Source of the DNA: Planctomycetota bacterium | GTDB lineage: Bacteria; Planctomycetota; MHYJ01; JACPRB01 | Assembly (NCBI GenBank): GCA_016190155.1 | Contig: JACPRB010000082.1 | Coordinates: 1-54,761, forward strand | Reading direction: 5' to 3' | DNA: 54,761 bases | Shown: positions 16,467 through 28,130 of the stretch, piece after piece | Position numbering within the stretch: position 1 is the first letter of the stretch | How the letters are laid out: each line of letters begins with the position of its first letter | The notes under the pieces: model-generated | The model's database searches: none | Seen by the model: the letters and a program-made list of their open reading frames with translations, nothing else | Told to the model about the DNA's origin: nothing | Program-made: the position numbers and the translations under genes

Positions 16467-17240
16467 TCACGGCCCCCCGCCCGCCCCGCTCTCCGGCCGC
16501 TCCACGAAGACCGACCGCAGATAATCCCGGAACATCCGGGCGATGAACTCGAGGGAGATGTCCTTGGGACACACCGCCTCGCATTCGCCCGTGTTGGTGC
16601 ACGCGCCAAAGCCCTCGCGATCCATCTGGGCGACCATCTTCCTCGCGCGGTCGTAGCGCTCCGGCTGGCCTTGCGGGAGCAGCCCCAGATGGCTGATCTT
16701 CGCGCCCACGAAGAGCATCGCCGATCCGTTCGGGCACGAGGCGACGCACGCCCCGCACCCGATGCACTGCGCCGCGTCCATCGCGCGATCGGACATCTTC
16801 TTGGAGACGGGAAGCGAGTTGGCTTCGGGCGCGGAGCCCGTCGAGGCGCTGATGAACCCGCCCGACGCGATGATGCGGTCGAACGCGCGGCGGTCGACCA
16901 CGAGATCCTTGACGACGGGAAAGCACCCCGCGCGGAACGGCTCGATCGTGATCTCCTCGCCGTCCTCGAACATCCTCATGTGAAGCTGGCATGTGGTGGT
17001 CGAGCGGCGCCGGCCGTGCGGGATGCCGTTGATGGTCAGGCCGCACACGCCGCAGATCCCTTCGCGGCAGTCGCTCTCGAACGCGATCGGCTCCTGCCCT
17101 TCGGCGATGAGCCGCTCGTTGAGCCCGTCGAGCATCTCGAGCAGCGACATGTCCGGACTCACGTCCTTCATGGGATACGTGACGAGGTCCCCTGGACTCG
17201 CGGGTCCCTTTTGACGCCAGATGCGCAGCGTGAAGTTCAT
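16467..17240 (-). CDS. sdhB: succinate dehydrogenase/fumarate reductase iron-sulfur subunit
   Basis: [17 protein letters not shown] (2Fe-2S), [12 protein letters not shown] (4Fe-4S), [12 protein letters not shown] (3Fe-4S). Confidence 0.95.
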   Translation of the reverse strand: MNFTLRIWRQKGPASPGDLVTYPMKDVSPDMSLLEMLDGLNERLIAEGQEPIAFESDCREGICGVCGLTINGIPHGRRRSTTTCQLHMRMFEDGEEITIEPFRAGCFPVVKDLVVDRRAFDRIIASGGFISASTGSAPEANSLPVSKKMSDRAMDAAQCIGCGACVASCPNGSAMLFVGAKISHLGLLPQGQPERYDRARKMVAQMDREGFGACTNTGECEAVCPKDISLEFIARMFRDYLRSVFVERPESGAGGGP

Positions 17241-17246
17241 ATCTCG

Positions 17247-19159
<1,913 letters not shown>

Positions 19160-19163
<4 letters not shown>

Positions 19164-19822
19164 GTGACGAGGCCTGTCATGACGGCGACGGGAATCGAGA
19201 TGTAACCTGCCGCGATGCCGATCGCGAGGACGCGCGCGAGCATCTTCAGCGGCGGGGTGTAGAGCGGATGGTTGAGGCCGACCGATTGGAACATGCTCCA
19301 CGCGCCGTGCGAGATGTGCATGGCGATCAGGATCTGGGCGACGATGTACGCGCCCGACGCCCACCACACGCCGAAGCCGATCACCAGATTGCGGTAGACG
19401 TCGTCGGGATTGAAATCCGGGTGAGCCTGCCCGGTCGTCAAGTGGGCCAGGTGATAGACGATGTAGAAGAAGATGATGGGGCCGCTGAGCATCATGGTGC
19501 GCGAGGCATAGCTCGCCTCGCGCCAGCGCTTGACGCGGTACGGTTCGGGGCGCGCCTTTCGGTTGCGCAGCGTCAGTTGCAAGGACGTGATGAGATGCAG
19601 GATGAGCGCGATGAGGAGGGTGGCGCGGGCCCCCCACAGAAGGCCGGCGTTTTCGTGCAGGAAGCGGCTGTAATGGTTGATGCGCCGGGCGCCATCGGGC
19701 AGGAGGACTTGCATATTGCCCAGCAGGTGGCCGATCACGAACCCGAACAGGATCAAGCCCGTGACGGCCATGACGACTTTCTTACCGATGGTCGACTGCC
19801 ACAAGGACCGCAGCCAAGTCAT
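19160..19822 (-). CDS. sdhC: succinate dehydrogenase cytochrome b subunit (b558-type, five TM helices)
   Basis: [36 protein letters not shown]... Multiple TM helices with conserved His. It lies directly upstream of sdhA. Confidence 0.85.
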
Positions 19823-20036
19823 GGCGGCCTCTCGAAGGGATCTAGGTGCTAGGAAAGTCCGCGAACGTGGCACTCGTGAACGGGAGAAAGACAAACAGCA
19901 TAAGCGGGCAACGTATTCGACCACGGGGTCCGTCGCCCATCACTTCATCTCCCGTTTCCAGAGGAGAGTGCGATCACGGACGGCACAGGTATACAAATCG
20001 CAGGGCGTTGGGGCAAGAAACTCGTTCCCCCCTTTG

Positions 20037-20131
20037 CCCGTTCATAGGTTCACCGGTTCGGACGTTCAGCCGTTCGGAACGCGCGAAGAGTCGAACATAT
20101 GAACGAGTGAACGGTTGAGCGTGTGAACGGG
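20037..20131. repeat. palindromic GTTCAnCCGTTCG-type element, likely bidirectional hairpin/terminator
   Basis: The left arm is ggttcaccggttcggacgttcagccgttcgg. The right arm is gaacgagtgaacggttgagcgtgtgaacgg (inverse units). It lies just downstream of the gene ending at 20139. Confidence 0.55.
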
Positions 20132-20138
20132 GGAAGGG

Positions 20139-20780
20139 TCAGCGTCTGGGTCGCGCCCGCAGCTGCGCGTCGACGGCCAGCAGTTCCTCCTCGCGTTCCC
20201 GCTTCATCCCGATCGGTTTGAGCGTGCGCGTGGAGACGGTGCCCAAGGCCGGGATCTTGCCGCGTCGCGCGGTTCCGATCTCGATGTCGGCGAGTCCCTC
20301 GATGGCCGCGCGCAGCGGCGCGACAAGCGACTCCTCGAGGACGACCGTGTTGATGTCGGCCCGTCCGACGAGCCTGGAGGCGCGCACGACGGCCGGTCCG
20401 GTGGCATCGCTGAACGGGTGGGTGACGACGGCGGCGGGACCGTGCACGATCGCGATCCGGCAAGGCGGCACATCGAGGAATTCCGACGCCAGATCGGCGG
20501 CATGCAGCGCGTGCAGCGCGGCGCGCACCGCCTCCAGAGGGCTGCGGAAGGTGGCGGTCAATCCGTCCGGGAGGTCGCGCGCGACACGGCCTCCGCAGGC
20601 GTCCACGGCGGCGGCATGGAGGGTCTGAAGGGCATGCAGGGCTTTCCCCTTCGGACGCTTCTGCCCGCGCGCCAGGTAGACCGACACGGGTTGCTCCGCG
20701 GGACCGCCGTCCAGCTTGCGCAGTGCGTTGGCCTTGTCCAGGATCTTCTTGAGGGTGCGTCGGTCGAGGAAGTTGACCAT
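20139..20780 (-). CDS. class III nucleotidyl cyclase homology domain protein, probably degenerate
   Basis: GGRVARDLPDGLTATFRSPLEAVRAALHA, CRIAIVHGPA and GPAVVRASRLVGRADINTVVLEESL fit the cyclase fold pattern. The N-terminal F-x-D-x-x-G-F-T metal motif is absent (VSVYLARGQ). Start MVNFLD at 20780. Confidence 0.5.
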   Translation of the reverse strand: MVNFLDRRTLKKILDKANALRKLDGGPAEQPVSVYLARGQKRPKGKALHALQTLHAAAVDACGGRVARDLPDGLTATFRSPLEAVRAALHALHAADLASEFLDVPPCRIAIVHGPAAVVTHPFSDATGPAVVRASRLVGRADINTVVLEESLVAPLRAAIEGLADIEIGTARRGKIPALGTVSTRTLKPIGMKREREEELLAVDAQLRARPRR

Positions 20781-20853
20781 AAGTGGGCCCGATTCTATCG
20801 GCAGGCAATTTCGCTTGCAATGAACCTCGATCGAGGAGAGAGAATAGAGGGAA

Positions 20854-20985
20854 ATGAGATCGCGCGGCCTGCCGATCGTGCTGGCGATGGGCGTCCTCGC
20901 CCAAACGTGGGGCCCGGCGATCGTCCTCAGTGCGACGGCGAGCCGCACGCGAGCGACGGACGTCCGCTTCGACGGGGAATGCTGA
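20854..20985 (+). CDS. possible small secreted peptide (43 aa)
   Basis: Below the track size cutoff. MRSRGLPIVLAMGVLAQTWGPAIVLSATASRTRATDVRFDGEC, preceded by GAGGAGAGAGAATAGAGGGAA. No homology evidence is available. Confidence 0.2.
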   Translation: MRSRGLPIVLAMGVLAQTWGPAIVLSATASRTRATDVRFDGEC

Positions 20986-21292
20986 CGGCCGGCGCGCGTC
21001 TGCAAGGTGTGCGGACGGGAATCGGAGGCGGCGCGCCACATGGCGTGCATCGCGATGTTTCGGGCGCAGACCGCCGCGGCGGATCTGCACGCGGGGACGA
21101 GCGTCAGAGGGGGCGATCTCACCGCGGAGGTCCCTGAACGGCCCGAAGTGGTTCCGATCGGATGCCGGTCGGAGCTTCGCGAAGGTTCGCTGACTCCCGC
21201 TCCCGAGGCCCGACCTCCCTTCAAGGTTCCTGTCTGAACGGACGCCTCTGTCGTGACCTGCGTCTCGTTCGCCTTGATTGCGGAGGAATTCC

Positions 21293-21763
21293 ATGCGCAC
21301 ATCGATCGCATCTTTGTGTCTGTTTCTGGCCGCCTGTGGATCCGCGCCTCGTCCCAAGGACGAAAAGGCGGACGCGTTGCTCGCGCGGCATGCCGAGGTC
21401 TGGAAGATGATGGGCTTGAGTGAGAACGCCCAGAAGGAACTCAACTCCGTCGTGGTGTCGGTCCACGGGAACATGGAGAAGAACCGATCGGCCCATCCGG
21501 AGCTCTTCGCGCTGGAGCCGAAGCGCGCCAAGCAGCTCACGCATGACGAGTTCATCGCCGCGCATCAGAAGCGGCTCGACGCGCTGAAGATCAGCGCGCC
21601 GACGCAGAAGGAGCTGCTGAAGGCGGCGGAGTTCGTCTGGACGGCGTTGCACGATTCGAACGTGTCCGAGAAGGACCGGCAGTTGGCGGCGAAGATCCGC
21701 GACATGATGAAGATGGGGCCGCCGCCGTGTTGCGACGACAACATCTTCCGGAAGGCGCAGTAA
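21293..21763 (+). CDS. lipoprotein, hypothetical
   Basis: MRTSIASLCLFLAAC lipobox. GGAGGA lies 5 nt upstream of the ATG. Ends with a PPPCCDD motif. Confidence 0.6.
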   Translation: MRTSIASLCLFLAACGSAPRPKDEKADALLARHAEVWKMMGLSENAQKELNSVVVSVHGNMEKNRSAHPELFALEPKRAKQLTHDEFIAAHQKRLDALKISAPTQKELLKAAEFVWTALHDSNVSEKDRQLAAKIRDMMKMGPPPCCDDNIFRKAQ

Positions 21764-21825
21764 GGATCTTCGGGCGGTCGGCGGGGCTTTCTCGCCGGCC
21801 GCCCTTTTGTTACCATCGCGCCCTT

Positions 21826-22740
21826 ATGCCGGTCATCGAGCTGCGCTCGCTGGTGAAGCACTACCGCAACGTGCATGCGCTGCAGGGGGTGTCGATCACC
21901 GTGGAGAAGGGCGAGATCTACTCGCTGCTGGGGAAGAACGGCGCCGGCAAGACGACGATCGTGAAGATCCTTTTGTCGATCGTGCGGGCGACATCGGGCG
22001 AGGCGATCCTGCTGGGCCGGCCCGCGGGCCACGTGGAGTCGCGCCGCAAGGTCGGGTACTTGCCCGAGGATCATCGTTTCCCGGACTATCACACCGGGTG
22101 GAGCGCGCTGGACTATTACGCGGCGCTCTCCGGGGTCTCGGGAGCGGAGCGGCGCAGTCGCATTCCGGAGATGCTCCGGCTCGTCGGGATCGAAGAGTCG
22201 GGGCGCCGCAAGATCCGGACGTACTCCAAGGGCATGAAGCAGCGTCTCGGGCTGGCCCAAGCGATGATCCATGAGCCGGACGTGCTCTTCCTCGACGAGC
22301 CGACGGACGGGGTGGACCCGGTGGGGCGCAAGCAGATCCGCGACGTGCTCGTGCATCTGAAGTCGCAGGGCAAGACGATCTTCCTCAACTCGCATCTGCT
22401 GTCTGAGGTGGAGTTGATCTCGGACCGTGTCGGGATCCTGGAGCTGGGCAAGCTGCGCCGCGAGGGTACGGTGGCGGAGATGACGGTGGAGAAGGACATC
22501 TACGAGCTCCGGCTGGAGGGCGCGTTCGACGCGCTCATGCCGGAGATCGCCCGTCGCGTGCGCGGGGTCCGTCGCATCGCCGGCGGCGTCGAGGTGGACG
22601 TGGAGAACGCGGAGAAGCTCAACGCGCTCGTGGATTATCTGCGGGCGAATCGCGTGGCGCTGGTGGGGATGACGCGCAAGAGGCAGAGTCTCGAGGACGT
22701 CTTCATCCAGGAAGTGGGTGTCGCGGGGCAGGGCGCATGA
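21826..22740 (+). CDS. ABC transporter ATP-binding protein (ABC-2 type)
   Basis: GKNGAGKTT (Walker A), YSKGMKQRLGLAQA (signature), VLFLDEPTDGVD (Walker B). Confidence 0.92.
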   Translation: MPVIELRSLVKHYRNVHALQGVSITVEKGEIYSLLGKNGAGKTTIVKILLSIVRATSGEAILLGRPAGHVESRRKVGYLPEDHRFPDYHTGWSALDYYAALSGVSGAERRSRIPEMLRLVGIEESGRRKIRTYSKGMKQRLGLAQAMIHEPDVLFLDEPTDGVDPVGRKQIRDVLVHLKSQGKTIFLNSHLLSEVELISDRVGILELGKLRREGTVAEMTVEKDIYELRLEGAFDALMPEIARRVRGVRRIAGGVEVDVENAEKLNALVDYLRANRVALVGMTRKRQSLEDVFIQEVGVAGQGA

Positions 22741-24047
22741 AACTCGTCGCGTTGTTCAAGGATTCGATTCTTCAGACGCTGGACTGCAAGTCGCTCTATG
22801 TCAGCGTCGCGCTGGGGGCGCTGTTCGTTCTCGTCTGCGCCAGCATCTCGTACAGCCCGATGGACGAACGGGAGGCGATCCAGGGGATGGTCGAGCAGTT
22901 CGATCGAGTCATGATCGTGCGGACGCGGCCGCCCGGGGGGCGCACGTTCGAGGGCGTGACTTGGACGGTGAGCGATGTGCGCAAGGGGAGCGGGGACTTC
23001 GAGGGCGGATACGAATTCAAGCTCGCCGTGTCGAACCTGCGGGAATTCCACGACTTGGTTCGGTTCTGGCGCGGGGTGGAGCAAGGAAAGATCACCGGCA
23101 GCGACGACCCCGTGCCGGAGGGAGAGGTGGACGAGGCCGGCGAGATCAAGTTCCTGCGCGGGAAGTTCCGGGAACGGGTGATCATGAAGACCCGGATCGA
23201 ACGCGGGGAAGCGTCCGAAGACAAGAGGGTCTTCGACGTGGCGATTCGGGCCGCGAGCCCGGAGCGGTTGGAGGGGATGTACCAGGCGCACTTCTTTTTC
23301 GGGGCTTTCTCGTGGCCGCTCGGCGTCGCCGATCAGAAGCTGAGCGTGGCCCAGTTCATGCTCGTGATGCAGTTGGTGCTCTCGCAGTACGTCGCGGGCA
23401 TGGTCGGCATCCTCTTCGGCGTGATCTTCACGGCGAGCTTCATTCCCACGATGCTTCAGAAGGGATGCATCGACGTCCTGCTGGCCAGGCCGATCTCGCG
23501 CACGACGTTGCTGCTGAGCAAGTACGCGGGAGGGCTGATCTACGGGGCCATCAGCGGAGGGGTGCTCGTCGGCGGGAGTTGGCTGGTTCTATCGCTGCGT
23601 TCGGGCGTCTGGAATTGGGGGTACTTGGCGTCATTGGGCACGTTGATCCTGTTCTTCGCGGTGCTCTACTCCATCGGCGCGCTCACCGCCGTCATGACGC
23701 GCAGCACGATTGCTTCGATGATCGTGCCGGTGGGCGCCTGGGGACTGGGCTTCGGAGTCACCTGGGTGAAACAGACGGGAACGCAGCCGTTGAGCCCTTT
23801 CCAATTGCCGTCGAGCATTTCGACGGCGCTGGAGGCCCTGTCGTGGTTCTTGCCTCGGGCCAGCGACATCAACGTCATGAATCAGTGGTTCATGATCTGC
23901 GGCAGCATGGGCCCCGGAGTGGAGGAGATCACCAGCGAAATGGGTTTGCCGGAAGTCGCGTGGATTCGAATTCTCCTGTCGTCGGGCGCGCTCATCGTCG
24001 CGACGCTGGGGCTGGCGAGTTTCGTCTTCTCCCGGCGGGACTACTGA
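22737..24047 (+). CDS. ABC-2 type transporter permease with large extracytoplasmic loop
   Basis: ATGA overlap with the ATPase gene. One N-terminal TM helix, an approximately 170-aa soluble loop, then 5 or more TM helices. Confidence 0.75.
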   Translation: MKLVALFKDSILQTLDCKSLYVSVALGALFVLVCASISYSPMDEREAIQGMVEQFDRVMIVRTRPPGGRTFEGVTWTVSDVRKGSGDFEGGYEFKLAVSNLREFHDLVRFWRGVEQGKITGSDDPVPEGEVDEAGEIKFLRGKFRERVIMKTRIERGEASEDKRVFDVAIRAASPERLEGMYQAHFFFGAFSWPLGVADQKLSVAQFMLVMQLVLSQYVAGMVGILFGVIFTASFIPTMLQKGCIDVLLARPISRTTLLLSKYAGGLIYGAISGGVLVGGSWLVLSLRSGVWNWGYLASLGTLILFFAVLYSIGALTAVMTRSTIASMIVPVGAWGLGFGVTWVKQTGTQPLSPFQLPSSISTALEALSWFLPRASDINVMNQWFMICGSMGPGVEEITSEMGLPEVAWIRILLSSGALIVATLGLASFVFSRRDY

Positions 24048-24072
24048 GCGCACGCATCGTCACCGTAATCCA

Positions 24073-24130
24073 GTTCCGGCGTCCAGCCTCCGGAACGACC
24101 GATGCGACGAACCGATGAACGGGTGAACGG
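24073..24130. repeat. direct-repeat copy A (hairpin ttccggcgtccagcctccggaa plus gaaccgatgaacgggtgaacgg)
   Basis: About 58 nt, nearly identical to 25516-25573. It lies between convergent genes. Confidence 0.7.
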
Positions 24131-25459
24131 TTACGGCCGCGACGTGCGGATGACGAATTGATGGTTCGACGGCACGTTCGTCATGCTGTAGGCGCCCGAG
24201 TTGTTCGTGGGAACCGCTCCCTGGCCCAGCCGGTCGATCGTGGCTCCGGGGATGGCGCTCACCGCCGTCAGCGCGATCAGCGTCCCGCTGACCGTGATTG
24301 AATCTGATCCGGGGGCGTTCGCGACGGGCGAGAGCTGGCCCTGGATCAGCGTGATCGAGTCGGCGAACGTGTCCACGTAGACGCTGCCGCCGAAGCCCGC
24401 CTTCGAGGCGCGTATGAAGAGCGTGCCGGGGTCGCAATTATAGATGTAGAAGACGCCGCTGGAGCTGGTGGAACTTTGGCTCACCGGCCGGCCGTTCGCG
24501 TCGCCGTACCAAACGTCGCCCGTGGGCGCTCCATCCAGCCGGGTGCAGGTGATCGTGTACGTCTCGAGCGTTCCGGAAGCGGGCGTCACTTGGCCGCGGA
24601 CGACGGCCGTGCCGGCGGTCAGCGTGTCGGTGAACGGTTTGAAATCGGTGCTGTCGCGGTCGGTCGGGTGGACGATGAGGAGGTCGCCGGCGGCCGTCGG
24701 GCCCGTGTGGGAATAATGATTGTAGGTGTCGATGAAGCCGGTCTTGGAAAGCTTGAGGAAGTACGTCTGCTGGGTGGCGAGGCTGCCGCTGTTGAAGGGG
24801 CCGCCCGCGTCGGAGGCCATGGGGAAGGGACTTCCGGTCGCCATTCCCGTGATCACCACGGAACCCTCGGGCAGATCGGGCGCGTTCTTCAGCCGTCGCG
24901 TCGTGCCGGAGCAGCCGGCGGTAGGCGCGGGCGCTCCCGGCGTGCCGGTCGGGACGGCGCGCACGGTTACCAGCGTCGTCTCGTCGGCGACGCTCTTGAC
25001 GATCATGTTGCCGGCCGCGCCCGTCACGCAGCGGAGGTTCACGCGCCCGGGGGCGACGTTGAAGATGATGAAGTCTCCGCTGGACGTCGTCGCGCCGAGG
25101 GTCGTCACGAATGCGCCGCTCGTGCTGCGGTAGATGGGCGTTCCGGCCGAGAGCCCCGCGTCGTTGACGGCGGCGAGGATGACGTCGGCGATGGCGCTAC
25201 CGGAGGCGGCGTCGCGCACGTGACCGTAGATGAAGCCTTGTCCGGCCGATTGGGTGATGCCCGTTTGGTTCTGGTAGGCGGCGAGATCGACGCTGGTCAT
25301 GAGCACCTGCGGTTGCGCGAAGATCGTGGAGCTGCCGGGCTTGAAGCTGTACCACGTGGTGGCGCGATACGTGACGTTGCCGAGCGGGGCATCATCCGTA
25401 CCGCCGCGGCAACCGATCGGGACCAGGGCCGCGAGGGCGACGAGCGCGAATCGACGCAT
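24131..25459 (-). CDS. secreted lipoprotein with carboxypeptidase-regulatory-like beta-sandwich repeats (hypothetical)
   Basis: MRRFALVALAALVPIGC lipobox. Recurrent G.V.D...G..I..A.V segments. GGAGG lies 6 nt upstream of the ATG. Confidence 0.6.
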   Translation of the reverse strand: MRRFALVALAALVPIGCRGGTDDAPLGNVTYRATTWYSFKPGSSTIFAQPQVLMTSVDLAAYQNQTGITQSAGQGFIYGHVRDAASGSAIADVILAAVNDAGLSAGTPIYRSTSGAFVTTLGATTSSGDFIIFNVAPGRVNLRCVTGAAGNMIVKSVADETTLVTVRAVPTGTPGAPAPTAGCSGTTRRLKNAPDLPEGSVVITGMATGSPFPMASDAGGPFNSGSLATQQTYFLKLSKTGFIDTYNHYSHTGPTAAGDLLIVHPTDRDSTDFKPFTDTLTAGTAVVRGQVTPASGTLETYTITCTRLDGAPTGDVWYGDANGRPVSQSSTSSSGVFYIYNCDPGTLFIRASKAGFGGSVYVDTFADSITLIQGQLSPVANAPGSDSITVSGTLIALTAVSAIPGATIDRLGQGAVPTNNSGAYSMTNVPSNHQFVIRTSRP

Positions 25460-25474
25460 AAGTACCTCCGAGGT

Positions 25475-25573
25475 GACCGTTCAGCCGTTCGAGAGTTCAC
25501 CCGTTCGAAGACCCCGTTCCGGCGTCCAGCTTCCGGAACGAATGAACGTGCGAACCGATGAACGGGTGAACGC
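25475..25573. repeat. palindromic GTTCAnCCGTTCG-type element containing direct-repeat copy B (25516-25573)
   Basis: gaccgttcagccgttcgagagttcacccgttcg / ttccggcgtccagcttccggaa / gaatgaacgtgcgaaccgatgaacgggtgaacg. Confidence 0.7.
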
Positions 25574-25633
25574 TCACCCTCCGAGGAGGGCCGACTATAT
25601 CAGGACGTCTGCGCGAGGACGAATCCTTTTTCG

Positions 25634-25720
25634 GCACGGTTCAATCTGGGCTTGTGCGAGGAAGCAAAGGGGAGCGGAGCGCGCAAAGGAGAAACCGACA
25701 TCAGAGGACGCCGAGGACCC
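25634..25720. repeat. partial copy (left end only) of the MITE-like element
   Basis: gcacggttcaatctgggcttgtgcgaggaagcaaaggggagcggagcgcgcaaaggagaaaccgaca... aligns with 28953-29040. Confidence 0.65.
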
Positions 25721-25782
25721 TGAGAAGATGCTCCCATGTTCGACAAGACAGTCGCGACCGTTACCCTGCCCCTTTTGCTAAG

Positions 25783-27699
25783 ATGGGCGCCGTGGACGAC
25801 GCCCTGCGCCGTAGGGTGAGGAAGGTGACGCCGGTGGCGGCGCTGCTCTTGCTGGCGTTGACGGTTCGGCTGGCCTTTCTGTTCACGCTGGAGGGCAAGC
25901 CGTTCGTCGCGGAGCCGATCCTCGACGGCGCCGTGGCCGACGCGTGGGGCCAGGAGATCGCCACGCGTTCGTTCTGGGGCGATCGCGCGTTCTATCAGGA
26001 TCCGCTTTATCCGTACGGACTGGGGATCTTCAATGCGATCTTCGGCCGGCACCTCTTGGCGGTGAAGATCCTCCAGGTTTTGATCGGGGTGCTCGGTCTG
26101 GCTTTCCTGTTCGAGGCGGCGCGGCGCATCGCGGGCTACGCGGCCGCGGTCGCCACGTTGGCGGTGGCCGCACTCTACCGCACGACCGCGTTCTACGACG
26201 TCGTGCTTCTTAAGGACTTCCTGGGGCCCTTCTTCATCGAGGCGGCGCTGTTGGCGGGCGTGCTGGCGGTTCAGCGCGACCGCTGGGGGTGGTGGCTGCT
26301 GACGGGGCTGAGCGTCGGGCTGGCGGCGCTGGTGCGGGGCAATTTGCTGCTGCTGGCGCCGCTCCTGGCGGGGTCGTTCTGGTGGATGCGGCAGCGCCGG
26401 GGCGCGGGGCTCGTGCTGGCGGGCGCGGCGCTGGCCATCGCCCCGTGCACGATCCGCAACGCGATCGTCACGAAGGAGTTCATCCTGACGACCGCGCAGC
26501 TCGGGCCGAATCTGTACATCGGAAACAACCCGGAGAACTGGACGGGCCGCTACCGGGCGCCGTCGTTCATGACCGCGGGATCGCCCGAGTTCGAGGAGCG
26601 GGAGTTTCGTCGGGAAGCGGAGCGGCGGCGCGGGGCCGTGAGGCTTTCGGCCGGGCAGGTGTCGGCGTATTGGCGGGGCGAGGCGCTGGAGAGCATCCGA
26701 TCGCAGCCGTGGCACTTCCTGCTGGCGACGTTCCGGCGCGTGATGCTGTTGTTCAACGATTGGGAAGTGCCCGACGATTTCAACGTCTCGTTCATGCGGC
26801 GATTCTCATGGGCGCTGGCGTTGCCGTGGATGACGTTCGGGTTGGTGCTGTGGCCGTTGGCGGCGGCGGGGCTCTACTTTTCATGGATCGAGCGGCGCAA
26901 GCACGTGCTGGGGTATGTGCTGCTGGCGGGGGCGCTCGTGCCGGTGGCGTTCTTCTTCGTGGTGGATCGATACCGCCTGCCGGGGATTCCGCTGCTGTTC
27001 TTCTTCGCGGGATACGGGATCGTGCGCGGGGCGGAGACGCTGCGATGGGGGATGAAGCGGGTCCCGAAGACCGCGGCGGCGATCGCGGCGGCGGCGCTGG
27101 TGCAGGCCAATCTCCCGGCGTCGATCTATGGGGTGGGCGACACGAGCTTCTTTGCGCAGCGGTACAACCTGGCGCGGTGGCACGAGCGGCACGGCGAGCC
27201 GATGTCGGCGGCGTTGGAGATGGAGCGGGCGTTCGAGCTGAGGCCGGAGGTTCGCGATGATCCGCGGATGGCGGTATTCGCGGCCGGGTGCTATCTGGAG
27301 GCGGGGCGGGTGCCGGAGGCGTTGCCGCTGTATCTGCGGGTGCGCGATCACGCGGGGGCCGCGCGGTGTTACGTGAAGTTGGGCGAGCCCAATCGGGCCG
27401 TCGCGTTGTTCACGAAGGCGATGGCGGAGTCGCCTCCCGAGGTGGGGTTGCGGCTGGAGTTGGCGGAGGCGCTCATGAAGGTGGGGCGCATTCCGGAGGC
27501 GCTCGGGTTGCTGTCGCGGGCGGCCGGCGATTTTCCGGGCGATCCCGGACCGCCGCTGGGCCAGGCGCGGATCTATCGTCAGACGCACTTGTGGCGCGAG
27601 GCGGCCGCGGCGGCGGAGGAGGCGATGCGGCGGGCGCCTCGGGGATTGCCCGAGGCGGAGGCGATCCTTCGGGAGGCGCGGGCGCAGCTGGGCCAGTGA
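25783..27699 (+). CDS. ArnT/PMT-like (GT39/GT83-type) membrane glycosyltransferase with C-terminal TPR domain
   Basis: Start at MGAVDD. Multiple TM helices with YQDPLYPYGLG and FLFEAARRIAG loops typical of the PMT_2 family. The C-terminal 200 aa contain TPR-like repeats. Confidence 0.7.
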   Translation: MGAVDDALRRRVRKVTPVAALLLLALTVRLAFLFTLEGKPFVAEPILDGAVADAWGQEIATRSFWGDRAFYQDPLYPYGLGIFNAIFGRHLLAVKILQVLIGVLGLAFLFEAARRIAGYAAAVATLAVAALYRTTAFYDVVLLKDFLGPFFIEAALLAGVLAVQRDRWGWWLLTGLSVGLAALVRGNLLLLAPLLAGSFWWMRQRRGAGLVLAGAALAIAPCTIRNAIVTKEFILTTAQLGPNLYIGNNPENWTGRYRAPSFMTAGSPEFEEREFRREAERRRGAVRLSAGQVSAYWRGEALESIRSQPWHFLLATFRRVMLLFNDWEVPDDFNVSFMRRFSWALALPWMTFGLVLWPLAAAGLYFSWIERRKHVLGYVLLAGALVPVAFFFVVDRYRLPGIPLLFFFAGYGIVRGAETLRWGMKRVPKTAAAIAAAALVQANLPASIYGVGDTSFFAQRYNLARWHERHGEPMSAALEMERAFELRPEVRDDPRMAVFAAGCYLEAGRVPEALPLYLRVRDHAGAARCYVKLGEPNRAVALFTKAMAESPPEVGLRLELAEALMKVGRIPEALGLLSRAAGDFPGDPGPPLGQARIYRQTHLWREAAAAAEEAMRRAPRGLPEAEAILREARAQLGQ

Positions 27700-28130
27700 A
27701 AATGTGAACTCCGGCGCGCGCGGAAGGTGCTATACTCCCATGGGGCGACTGCGGGGAAGGACTGGGGGCCGCACCCGGGGTGTGCCACGGCGCGCGGGCA
27801 CTCCCCGGGGGCCGCGGCCGATGAATCCACAGCGAGTACACGCTAAGGGCCTGTCCAATAATAAGTGCTCCACTTCGGAGAAGAACAGACTGAACCGCCA
27901 AAGCGTCAAATTCAGGATCTGGATCCGTGCCTCGAGATCCAGGATGTGCTTCTGCAGGGCGGCGATCCGTTCGCGGCAGGGCGCGTGAACGTCGGTTGCC
28001 AGTTCCCCCCTCACCATCCACCGCATTGAACACGGCGGCGCAGGAAAAGGATCGAGCTTTCGCCCGAAATCCTGTTCCAATCTGTCGTGCCGTTCGTACG
28101 CTCCGTAGGACCCTTGAAGGAGGAACGGAG

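Noticed and set aside
20986-21292. Possible riboswitch or leader upstream of the lipoprotein/ABC operon
   Set aside because: I could not find the conserved cores I know (TPP, cobalamin B12 box, SAM, FMN, glycine, c-di-GMP). It is left as unassigned non-coding DNA.
27730-28080. 116-aa minus-strand ORF with a coiled-coil-like stretch (RIAALQKHILDLEARIQIL) that might be a transposase N-terminal remnant
   Set aside because: The similarity to IS66/IS3-type leucine-zipper N-termini is only impressionistic. The rest of the ORF is Arg/Pro-rich, and no DDE or other catalytic motif is present.
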